Origin: a virus
Taxonomy: Duplodnaviria > Caudoviricetes
Length of the DNA stretch: 64,000 bases
Direction: 5' to 3' (one strand)
Virus record (IMG/VR): IMGVR_UViG_2756170261_000003
Span: 1 to 64,000 of that record
The position numbers and the translations under genes were made by a program. Of this stretch, positions 50,038 through 58,080 are shown piece after piece. Within the stretch, counting starts at the first letter, position 1. Every line of letters begins with the position of its first letter. Below the pieces are notes generated by a model that was given only the letters and a program-made list of their open reading frames with translations, had not been told where the DNA came from and ran no database searches.

Positions 50038-50039
50038 GC

Positions 50040-50522
50040 CTATGCGGGCTGCGCGTTCAATGCGGCGATTTCACCGCGCACCGCCGCGATGGCCTCTTTC
50101 AGGTCGTCGCGCTTTTGCGTCAAGGCCACCTCCATGCGTGGCGCGGCAGTACGTACGCTGGGCGGCAGCTTGACCAGCGCGCGCGCCAGCTTCTTCTGGA
50201 ACTTGGAGCGTCCGGCATCCAGCGACTTGACGATTTCGCCAATGGCCGCCACATGATCGTCCTGATTGCGGATCGGCAGCACCGAACCATTCACCAGCAC
50301 TTGGAATATGTCGCCAGACTGTTTGATGCGAAACACGACCTTTTGAGAATCGCTCATGGTCAGCGTCATTTCGCGGTAGCTCACGCCGGAAGAGCGCTTC
50401 GGGCTGGCCGACACGTCCTGGGCGATGACATTGGCCCCGGCGCGCGCGAAATACTTGATGGCCTGCTTGGCGGCCTTGTCCTTGGTGGACATGTCTTCAA
50501 ACGAAAATAGAATGTTCTTCAT
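50040..50522 (-). CDS. hdf: Hdf-like protein (DarA N-domain homologue)
   Basis: GAGGG RBS; SDSQKVVFRIKQSGDIFQVLVNG plus coiled coil; directly upstream of darA. Confidence 0.65.
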   Translation of the reverse strand: MKNILFSFEDMSTKDKAAKQAIKYFARAGANVIAQDVSASPKRSSGVSYREMTLTMSDSQKVVFRIKQSGDIFQVLVNGSVLPIRNQDDHVAAIGEIVKSLDAGRSKFQKKLARALVKLPPSVRTAAPRMEVALTQKRDDLKEAIAAVRGEIAALNAQPA

Positions 50523-50529
50523 GGTTCCC

Positions 50530-51126
50530 TCAATGGCTATGGTGATTGCTATTTGCCCCGTCTGCGAGAATGTCGCCCGTTGCGTTGACATTGCCCTTGA
50601 CGCCGATATTCCCCTCGACAGAGACCCCGGAGCCGCCGGATACGGCCATGCCGCCCTTGCCGACGATGGCCCCATCAACCAGCATGTTCCCCTTTACGTG
50701 GGTATCGGCAGCGTCAATGGTGGCGCTGGGCGCTTGCACAATGACATGCGTGCCGGACTTGATCAGGAAGTCGCCCCCCGCAATCATCCGCATGAGCGTT
50801 TCGGCCAACAACTCCATGTTTGCATGGTGCCAGCGCCGCCAGCCTGTAGAGTTTCCCGCCTGCGGGTTGCGGTATCCCGTGATGATCGGATAGCGCGGAT
50901 CGCCGCCAATGAAGGCCACCCATATAGGATCGCCCGGGGTGATTTCGATTTCGGTGGTGTTTGCGCCGGCCCGCGACTTGTCGCCGATGGAATACTCGAT
51001 TTCAGCCTCGGGCAGCACGTCGCCGCCGTCCGTCAGGCCCGGTATCTCAACCCGGCAGGTGCGCCGGTCGGCATCGTACGAGCGAACAATCGCCGGGTAT
51101 CGGCCCGGCATCAGGCCTATTTCCAC
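50530..51126 (-). CDS. Baseplate spike (gpV-like)
   Basis: CRVEIPG, GDPIWVAFIGGDPRYPII, VxG beta-helix, terminal HHSH. Confidence 0.88.
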   Translation of the reverse strand: MEIGLMPGRYPAIVRSYDADRRTCRVEIPGLTDGGDVLPEAEIEYSIGDKSRAGANTTEIEITPGDPIWVAFIGGDPRYPIITGYRNPQAGNSTGWRRWHHANMELLAETLMRMIAGGDFLIKSGTHVIVQAPSATIDAADTHVKGNMLVDGAIVGKGGMAVSGGSGVSVEGNIGVKGNVNATGDILADGANSNHHSH

Positions 51127-51129
51127 CGC

Positions 51130-52026
51130 TCATTCCTCCACGCTTCCCAGCCATAGCCGGGAATACTGGTTGCTACCGTCGCCGTCCACGTTGTTCTCGA
51201 ACACATGCGCCGCCGTGATGACGACAAGCGGCTTTTCAGAGGCCACGCTCACCACGTCGCCGGCGTTGATTTGGGCAGAAAATCCCAGCTTGGCGGTTTT
51301 CTTGAGCACCAGGCAGCGTGTCATGTTGCGCAGTCGAAGCGCGTTCTTGAATGGCGCGTACGCGGCCAGTCTGGGCTTGTCGCGGTTGCCGAACACAGCC
51401 GCCCCCGCGTCATTGGTCGAAAAGAACCACGGCACAAGATGGCGCTCAAGAAAGCCGCTGTCCACATCTTCAATGGCGTTGTCAGGGATTGCGGTAACGG
51501 GCGCTTGCTTGATCAGGTCGGGCAGCCGATAGAAGCGTAGACGCCCGGATTTCCATCGAAGCGTGCCGCCTTCCTCTTGCAGGACGCGGGCAACCTGAAA
51601 CGTAGGGGTCTGGCCCACCGGGCAATAGAAGCGCGGGATTTGAAAATCGTTCTCGATGCCTTTCACGGCCGCGCCACAGGCCCGGTACGCTTCCAGCAGG
51701 GTGCAGTTTTCTTTGATGATGGCGCGCTGGCGAACAAACGAGGCCTGATGGCAGGCATCCAGCAGCGCCGTGACGCGGATTGCGCCGCTATCGTGCTGGC
51801 CCTGGGCCTCACGGCCTACGACGCGCTGCGCCTTGATGATACGCACCGTATCACCGTCGCGGCCTACCGTCATGGTCTTGCCCTCGGCCAGGTGCGCGCG
51901 CATTTCTTCGTCCGCCCGAATATCGGCCTCAAACGTGAACGGCACCGGGGCCATGTCGGAGCGGGCCACGGCGGACTTGATAATGTCGCCGCGTACCTGA
52001 TTGCCGTTTTCGAGGTAGACCAGCAT
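51130..52026 (-). CDS. Baseplate hub (gpD-like)
   Basis: Upstream of spike; INAGDVV..LVVITAAH. Confidence 0.65.
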   Translation of the reverse strand: MLVYLENGNQVRGDIIKSAVARSDMAPVPFTFEADIRADEEMRAHLAEGKTMTVGRDGDTVRIIKAQRVVGREAQGQHDSGAIRVTALLDACHQASFVRQRAIIKENCTLLEAYRACGAAVKGIENDFQIPRFYCPVGQTPTFQVARVLQEEGGTLRWKSGRLRFYRLPDLIKQAPVTAIPDNAIEDVDSGFLERHLVPWFFSTNDAGAAVFGNRDKPRLAAYAPFKNALRLRNMTRCLVLKKTAKLGFSAQINAGDVVSVASEKPLVVITAAHVFENNVDGDGSNQYSRLWLGSVEE

Positions 52027-52029
52027 GGC

Positions 52030-52398
52030 CTACACCGTGATGATGGGCTGATAGAACGCTCGGCGCGGCATTTCCGCTTCCATGGCGTTTATGTCCGCCG
52101 CAATCTCGGAAGCGGAGCGCCCGAACACGTCCAGGCCCAGCCCGCGCGACGCCTCAAGCTGCAAGGCGGTCTCGCGCTCGACGTACAGCAGGAACAGTGG
52201 GCGGATAAGCGCCCATTCTGAATCGCTGATTTCCGTCTCGCCGTCAACAGTCTCGGGGGCGGAAGTCAAGTATCCGTACCCGTAATAGAAGAGCGTTGCC
52301 GCCAGCGCCTGGGCCTTGACAGCTTCATCCCCGAGAATGTTCCCAGCCTCCCGCTCCTTTTCAGAGAAACGGGCGGCCAGTTCGTCCAGCGTTGCCAT
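52030..52398 (-). CDS. Hypothetical virion protein
   Basis: EWALIRPLFLLYVERE; coupled to tube gene. Confidence 0.6.
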   Translation of the reverse strand: MATLDELAARFSEKEREAGNILGDEAVKAQALAATLFYYGYGYLTSAPETVDGETEISDSEWALIRPLFLLYVERETALQLEASRGLGLDVFGRSASEIAADINAMEAEMPRRAFYQPIITV

Positions 52399-52898
52399 TA
52401 CCGATAATCGCTCGAATTACCGGCTTCTTTCTCGCCGAAGTAGTGGTAGAACATCGTGCCGTTGAAAAGCAGAACCTGCGAACGGTTCTCCCAGTCACGG
52501 TCGGGGTTGTCCATGACCATGAAGCAATCCACGATGCGCTTCATGTTCAGGTATTTTTGAGGCGTACCCTCGTAGACCTTGGCATTGAACTTGCCTCCGC
52601 CAGCGATAATATCGACAAGCATCTGATCGATAGAGCCGGCCACGGTCTCCATGAAGGCGACTTGGCCCTGATGGTTAACCCTAAGCTGTTGGGCTTCCCA
52701 GGCCGCCGCGCCAAGCGGGGTAGGCACCTCGATTTCACCGGACGGCGAAAGCTCGGGCCACGGGGCCTGCTTGCACAGCAAATAGTTCTGCTCGAAACCC
52801 TCGATTTCGAGGGTGAAGTCGGAGTTGATTACCTTCGCGCCCAGCGCCTGGCCGGCGTCATGGAACTGCTTCAAGTAATTAGCGTTGGATACCGTCAT
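52398..52898 (-). CDS. Tail tube protein (P1 BplB/Tub-like)
   Basis: 166 aa, beta-rich, GQVAFMET, GTMFYHYF; has its own promoter motif. Confidence 0.65.
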   Translation of the reverse strand: MTVSNANYLKQFHDAGQALGAKVINSDFTLEIEGFEQNYLLCKQAPWPELSPSGEIEVPTPLGAAAWEAQQLRVNHQGQVAFMETVAGSIDQMLVDIIAGGGKFNAKVYEGTPQKYLNMKRIVDCFMVMDNPDRDWENRSQVLLFNGTMFYHYFGEKEAGNSSDYR

Positions 52899-52945
52899 GG
52901 TGGCCGCCCTTGGTGATTGAATACGGAATAGGTGTTGGTGCTCAA

Positions 52946-52986
52946 ACTGTAGTCAACGGGGCGGGCCGGAACCCCGTTGATTTTCC
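52946..52986 (-). promoter_or_regulatory. Putative late promoter GGAAAA-N29-TACAGT
   Basis: Copy 4; spacer contains 9-bp IR TCAACGGGG/CCCCGTTGA. Confidence 0.7.
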
Positions 52987-53015
52987 AGATTCAGGGCGAT
53001 CTAGGCGGATTGACG

Positions 53016-53294
53016 CTACCGCCTACCGCCCGCCGCCTTGGCAACCGTTCCCAGGCCGCGTATCACGTCATTGAGACGGTTGACGATGGCCGCCTGTAGC
53101 TTGGCGTCGGCCTCCCTGGCGCGCTTCCAGTCAGAGAATGGCTTGCCGTCAAAGAATGCCTTTGCCATGGATGGCGTCATCGTCATGGCCTCGGTAATGG
53201 GCGTGTTCGCGTACAGGGTCAGACTGGCGGCCAGTTCCACCAGGGATTCAGACCAACTGGAGCACGATGCTCGCGAGGCCGGAACGTACCGGAA
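53016..53294 (-). CDS. Small ORF or possible frameshift extension of upstream chaperone
   Basis: WSESLVELAASLTLYANTPITEAMTMTPS resembles tail-chaperone 'T' segments; overlaps upstream gene in +1 frame. Confidence 0.5.
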   Translation of the reverse strand, partial: FRYVPASRASCSSWSESLVELAASLTLYANTPITEAMTMTPSMAKAFFDGKPFSDWKRAREADAKLQAAIVNRLNDVIRGLGTVAKAAGGRR

Positions 53295-54003
53295 ATCGGG
53301 CGGGCGGCAGTCCGGCTGCAGCCCCCTCCTTTGGCATGGCAAGCAGGCCCGAATCGTCGTAGTGCATGCGGAACAGGTGGTGCAGCTTGTCGCGCCCCTC
53401 GCCGAAGGCGTACACCATCAACTCGAATTCGCTTGACGGGAATCCCGCCATGATCTTCATGCGCGTAGCCAGCCAGTCATCGAACTCGCCTTCACCATCC
53501 TCGGGCAAGGGCGTTTCTTCGCCGTCTCGCACAAGCTGGGCGGCCATCTGCCCCAGCATCCAGTGCAAGCGCCCGCCGATCCCGTCCACCAGGCCGGCAA
53601 TGCGCTCTATCGACTCGGCCATGCCGCCGGTCAGGTGGCGCACGTTCCAGGCGTCGCCCCCGATTTCGCCAACCGGCACCAGGCGCACGGCCTGGGAAAT
53701 GTCGGACTCGCCATCGAAGTAGTCGGAATACTTGCTGTTGTCACCCAGGGAGAAGTCGGGGCCGTCATCGCGCACGCACGCGAGATAGTGGCAGACCGCA
53801 AAGGTGCGCTCTTGTACCGTCCACTTGGCCGGGTCTTGCTCGCCCTTGACCGATGACGCCGCAGTCCGCAGGAACGCGGTTGCAATGGCCTCATTCAGGT
53901 GTACCGGCATTCCGGCCACGGCGATTGATTCGCCAAGGGATAGCTCTTTCAATTGAATGGTAAGGCGCTTGGTGCGCAGTACCGGGAAATTCAGGTGTGA
54001 CAT
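53248..54003 (-). CDS. Putative tail/baseplate assembly chaperone
   Basis: DPAKWTVQER, acidic; between sheath cluster and tube. Confidence 0.55.
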   Translation of the reverse strand: MSHLNFPVLRTKRLTIQLKELSLGESIAVAGMPVHLNEAIATAFLRTAASSVKGEQDPAKWTVQERTFAVCHYLACVRDDGPDFSLGDNSKYSDYFDGESDISQAVRLVPVGEIGGDAWNVRHLTGGMAESIERIAGLVDGIGGRLHWMLGQMAAQLVRDGEETPLPEDGEGEFDDWLATRMKIMAGFPSSEFELMVYAFGEGRDKLHHLFRMHYDDSGLLAMPKEGAAAGLPPARFPVRSGLASIVLQLV

Positions 54004-54090
54004 GATTGCCCCATGCGCCCGCTAGAAAGTCGCGACACCCCGGGCGGGCAATGACCGGGTTCGGGAGCTACCTATAGCCGCGACACCCCC

Positions 54091-54131
54091 ATCATGGCCG
54101 CGCGCACGCCGCGCACTGGGGGCGCTTTTCC
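54091..54131 (-). promoter_or_regulatory. Putative late promoter GGAAAA-N29-CATGAT
   Basis: Copy 5. Confidence 0.65.
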
Positions 54132-54135
54132 TGCC

Positions 54136-54918
54136 TTACATTGCCACCTTGCGCACGTTCGCCCAGTCTTCCTTGTCCAGGGCCGTCAGCGAACATATCG
54201 TCATCGGCACCAGCAGCTCGACAAAGTTCCCGTCTGCATCAATGGGCGACGACAGCGGCATGCCGATGGACTCAATCACCAGTGGCGCGAAGGTTCGACC
54301 CTTGTATTGCAGGGCAATCATGACCGGCGACAGCGACGGCAAAAGCGCTTCGATAGATCCGGTTTCGCCCTTGGCCGACTCCACCAGGCGCGGCAACACC
54401 GTACCGTCCGTGGACAGCTTTTCAGGCAGCGACCATTGCATCAACTGTTCGAACGGCGCTTCGACCTCGGTAGCGGCATCGCGCCAGGCCCGGAACAGCG
54501 CCTGAACCGAGAATTTCACTGGCGGCATTCCGGTAAATACCTGGGTGCTGTTCAGCTTGGTAATGCCCGTGCGGCCCTCAAACTGTTTCAGGAAGTCGGC
54601 GGACGCCTTCTGTGCGCCGCTGGCCTGCTCGCCCTCCTTGGGCTTTCCCAGTACCGCGTCAACGAACGGCTGCAGCGTTCCCGATTGCAGCATTGCCAGC
54701 AAGGCCGGCGCTTTGCTCTCGGGGCCGGACTGCTCAAACGGGCTTTGCCAGTTCAGGCTGATTTCCATTTCAGCCTCGACCAGCGGAGCCTTGACGGTAA
54801 TGGCGCTGTCAATGCGCTTGCCTTGCCGGTCTACCTGATAGAACGATGCAATGAGGTGGGGATTCAGGCCATCCCATAGCGACGAAAGCGCGGGGGTCAG
54901 GCTGGCTACTATGCTCAC
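54136..54918 (-). CDS. Tail tube initiator-like protein
   Basis: NWQSPFE, LNSTQVFTGMPP, PLVIESI. Confidence 0.5.
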   Translation of the reverse strand: MSIVASLTPALSSLWDGLNPHLIASFYQVDRQGKRIDSAITVKAPLVEAEMEISLNWQSPFEQSGPESKAPALLAMLQSGTLQPFVDAVLGKPKEGEQASGAQKASADFLKQFEGRTGITKLNSTQVFTGMPPVKFSVQALFRAWRDAATEVEAPFEQLMQWSLPEKLSTDGTVLPRLVESAKGETGSIEALLPSLSPVMIALQYKGRTFAPLVIESIGMPLSSPIDADGNFVELLVPMTICSLTALDKEDWANVRKVAM

Positions 54919-54930
54919 GGTGCGAACTCC

Positions 54931-54968
54931 AAAATAAAAGGGGCGTCCTACGATATGCAGGACACCCC
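54931..54968 (-). terminator. Intrinsic terminator ending the capsid-sheath transcript
   Basis: GGGGTGTCCT-9nt-AGGACGCCCC-TTTTATTTT on minus strand. Confidence 0.8.
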
Positions 54969-54990
54969 GGTCTACACTGCCTGCAAGGGC

Positions 54991-55674
54991 TTAGATGCCC
55001 ATCTTGCGGCGCAGTCGCATGGACTTCGCCCGGCGCATCATGGCCCCCGCGTTATGGCTCTTCATGCGAGCCTTGCGCAGCCCCATCTTCTGCTTTGCGG
55101 ACAGCCGAATGGTGCCGGCCACGCGCTTGCGGATACGGGTTTTCTTGCCCTTGCGAATGGCGAACGTCTTCTTGTAGGTGGCGTCAAGCACTGCCTCTTG
55201 CTCGTCGTCGCCAAACACGAAGCTGTCAATGTCATCGCTGGCCGCGTCTTCGCCCTCGGGCAGCGTGGTAGCCACCAGATCGCGCACACGGTCGGCAACG
55301 TCGCCTTCCCAGTCATTCAGAAGCGCGTCAATGTCATCTTCGGCCACGCCCTGTTTTTCCAGATAGTCGCCCACGGCGTTTACGGCAATTTCCAGCACGC
55401 CGTATTCGTCTTCGGACAACTCGCCGTCCTTGTTTTCATCGGCAATGCCGACAAGCAAGGCCAACAGGCGGTCGGCCATCGTTTCGCCTTCGTCCAGATC
55501 GTCGGTTTCGACCCACTGGTGAACGGTAGCGACGGCGCGCAGCGTAATGTCCTTGGCCGCGTAGCTGTCAGCCCCGGACAGCGTGGGGCCATCGTTTTTC
55601 TTGGTGTCATCCAACACCACCGCAGGTTTAGCGGGCCGCATCATGGCCCCCCGCAAAAGTTCGTTGATACTCAT
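54991..55674 (-). CDS. Putative prohead core/internal protein (acidic body, very basic tail)
   Basis: D/E-rich residues ~55-160, then a K/R-rich C-terminus ending RRAKSMRLRRKMGI. Confidence 0.6.
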   Translation of the reverse strand: MSINELLRGAMMRPAKPAVVLDDTKKNDGPTLSGADSYAAKDITLRAVATVHQWVETDDLDEGETMADRLLALLVGIADENKDGELSEDEYGVLEIAVNAVGDYLEKQGVAEDDIDALLNDWEGDVADRVRDLVATTLPEGEDAASDDIDSFVFGDDEQEAVLDATYKKTFAIRKGKKTRIRKRVAGTIRLSAKQKMGLRKARMKSHNAGAMMRRAKSMRLRRKMGI

Positions 55675-55689
55675 TTCTTTGCTTCCTTT

Positions 55690-57534
55690 TTAACGATTGA
55701 GGGTTTGGGTGGTGAAGATTTGGCGAGCCACGCCGTCATACCGCAGCCAATACGACACGTCCATACGGTCATAGGGGCGCTGCTCGTTCGGGCGAACATC
55801 GAAGCGGTACGACATGCCGCCCATGGCCGGGTCGTCGGAGGCCACAAGCCAGCCGGCGGACGTAGCACCATCGAACAGCACTTTCAGGTAGTCGCGCATG
55901 CGCTTGACGGCAACGCTCATGGGAAGCTGTAGCGTGTCCTTGTTGAAGCGTGTCACGGCATCGTCAATGCTCGTAGACATGTCAGCAACGGAAATCAGCT
56001 TCTTGAGGCTGTTGTCCACCAGGGCGCACGTAAGCGAATCGCGGAACACGTAGCGACCGCCGCCGGTATAGACCTCCCACATAACCGGGTTGATCTTGGC
56101 GCGAGCCAGGGCGTTCAATTCCTGATCGCGCGGCGTGTACGTCTGCGTAACGCGCGTGCGACGGATGGGCCATTCGCGTCCGGCAATCGGGTAGTTCTTC
56201 GGCGCGAAGCCCTTGGTATCGGTCTGCGCATTTCGACCGCATGCGTAGGCGATATTCAGGGTGGCGGAGCCGTAGAAGTCCTTGCCGTTCACGCCGGTCG
56301 GGTCGTCGGACTTGAGCGGCGCCCAAAAGGCATGCATCAGGTGCGCCGTCAGGCTGGCCCCCATGTTCAACTGCTCGACAAAAGCAACCGCCGCCTCGGG
56401 GTTCAGGTTGCCCGGCACGTCAAAACGAAGCTGGCGGTTCGTGTCGAACGCCAGTTGCGCCTTTTGCGCCAGCAGGGCCGGGGCTTCGGTCATGCCGGAA
56501 CTGATGTAGGCGTAGTTGAACGGCGTGTATTGCAGCAACTCGCGCGCACGCATGTAGTCCTGGGTGGTGTAGCCCGTGCCGCCTTCCTCGAAGCAGACCA
56601 GAACCGGCGAAGATGCCCACTTCGGGAAGAAGTTGGAATCGTAGCCATAGGCCGCGCTATCGGGCTGAACGGTGCGGATCGCGCCCACGAAGAACTCCAC
56701 CGCATCGGTCTGGCCAGAAATCAGGTCAGGCAGATAGGCGGTGTTGCCGTAGTCATCCTTGGCGTCCGGGTCAAGCGAACCCTCGAACTCGAACAGGGCC
56801 ACATCGTCACGGTCAAGGACGCGCAGGGAAATGCGGCCATTCTCGACGGGCATACCGCCTTCGGTCTTTTCTTCGGCGCGGAACTGAACCTTGATGCCAT
56901 CATTGAAGCATTCGAGGTGTTTCAGGGCGAAGAAGAACGGGCCATCGGGCAGTTCATCCTGGGCGGCGAAGCTGTACTCCGACGAAACGCCCAGTTCGGG
57001 CGCAACGGTGTAGCCGGAGCCTGGGGCAACCACAGAGGCGGACACGATAGTGCCGTCTTCCACGGTAACGGACACTTGCGCGCCAGTTCCCGGGCCGCCC
57101 ACAGTGATTGTCGGCACGGCCAGGTAGCCGGAGCCGCCCTCGGTCACTTCAATCGCCGTCACCGCGCCGGCGGCAACAGTTGCAGTCAGGACAGCGCCAG
57201 CACCAACCGAGGCCACCAGATACTTGATCTTGGCGTTTTCGGTGGACAGGCGCTGCACGATGGCCTGATATGCGCCGTTGTTCACGGCCTCAACCACTTG
57301 AATCCAAGCCTTGTTCAGCGCCGAAACGCGAACAGGCTCACCACGGCCCAGGCGCTTGAAGACGTTGCCGCGATCAACCGCAAAAGGCTTGTCGATACGG
57401 CCACGGGTGGCGCGCATCATGATTCCGAATACTTGATCCGAATTGTCTTGAGACGGAATTTCGGAGTTATCGCGCAGCGGATTAAGCTGCACCCCGGATT
57501 CCGCCCCCAACTGACGTACGAAGGCGGTACTCAT
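55690..57534 (-). CDS. Contractile tail sheath protein (P1 gp22-like)
   Basis: ELNALARAKINPV, RYVFRDSLT, YDGVARQI. Confidence 0.8.
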   Translation of the reverse strand: MSTAFVRQLGAESGVQLNPLRDNSEIPSQDNSDQVFGIMMRATRGRIDKPFAVDRGNVFKRLGRGEPVRVSALNKAWIQVVEAVNNGAYQAIVQRLSTENAKIKYLVASVGAGAVLTATVAAGAVTAIEVTEGGSGYLAVPTITVGGPGTGAQVSVTVEDGTIVSASVVAPGSGYTVAPELGVSSEYSFAAQDELPDGPFFFALKHLECFNDGIKVQFRAEEKTEGGMPVENGRISLRVLDRDDVALFEFEGSLDPDAKDDYGNTAYLPDLISGQTDAVEFFVGAIRTVQPDSAAYGYDSNFFPKWASSPVLVCFEEGGTGYTTQDYMRARELLQYTPFNYAYISSGMTEAPALLAQKAQLAFDTNRQLRFDVPGNLNPEAAVAFVEQLNMGASLTAHLMHAFWAPLKSDDPTGVNGKDFYGSATLNIAYACGRNAQTDTKGFAPKNYPIAGREWPIRRTRVTQTYTPRDQELNALARAKINPVMWEVYTGGGRYVFRDSLTCALVDNSLKKLISVADMSTSIDDAVTRFNKDTLQLPMSVAVKRMRDYLKVLFDGATSAGWLVASDDPAMGGMSYRFDVRPNEQRPYDRMDVSYWLRYDGVARQIFTTQTLNR

Positions 57535-57537
57535 GGA

Positions 57538-58053
57538 TTATTCCCCTTTCTTTGCGGCAGCGGCCTTGGTGGTCTTGCCGGCGGGTTTCGATTCAGCAGC
57601 CTTGGCGGCCTCCTGATCATCGGCCTTGGGAGCCTCGCCAGTGCCTTCGGCCTTGTTCTCGCCGCCTTCATCCGTCTTGGGCGCATCCGCAGCGGGCGCT
57701 ACGGGGGCGGCAGGCGGTTCAGCAACGACAGGTGCAGCCTTGGGCGCTTCCAGCGATTCGATGGTCAGGGCAACGGCGTACTTGTTCAGTTCCGCAATCT
57801 GCTCGACGCTCGACGCCAGGCGCTGCAACTGGTCGTGATCCGCGATGGTCACGACAGCCTTCACGTCCGGCTTTCGGCTTGCCACGTTGCGCAGGAACAG
57901 GCCCCCAACCTCGGGGAATGTCACGTTGCGGGGCATCAGGTTGACGATTTCGAACTTGCCGGGATACGTCGCGTCGGCAAAGGCCTCGGCTACCACATCG
58001 TTGGCGTCCTTCCCGGTAAGGGAAGGAGCGCCCAATTGAACTTTGCTGGTCAT
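57538..58053 (-). CDS. Hypothetical virion protein with Ala/Pro/Lys low-complexity tail
   Basis: AGGAG RBS; between capsid and sheath. Confidence 0.7.
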   Translation of the reverse strand: MTSKVQLGAPSLTGKDANDVVAEAFADATYPGKFEIVNLMPRNVTFPEVGGLFLRNVASRKPDVKAVVTIADHDQLQRLASSVEQIAELNKYAVALTIESLEAPKAAPVVAEPPAAPVAPAADAPKTDEGGENKAEGTGEAPKADDQEAAKAAESKPAGKTTKAAAAKKGE

Positions 58054-58080
58054 GATTGGGTTCTCCTTTCTCTTTGCGGG

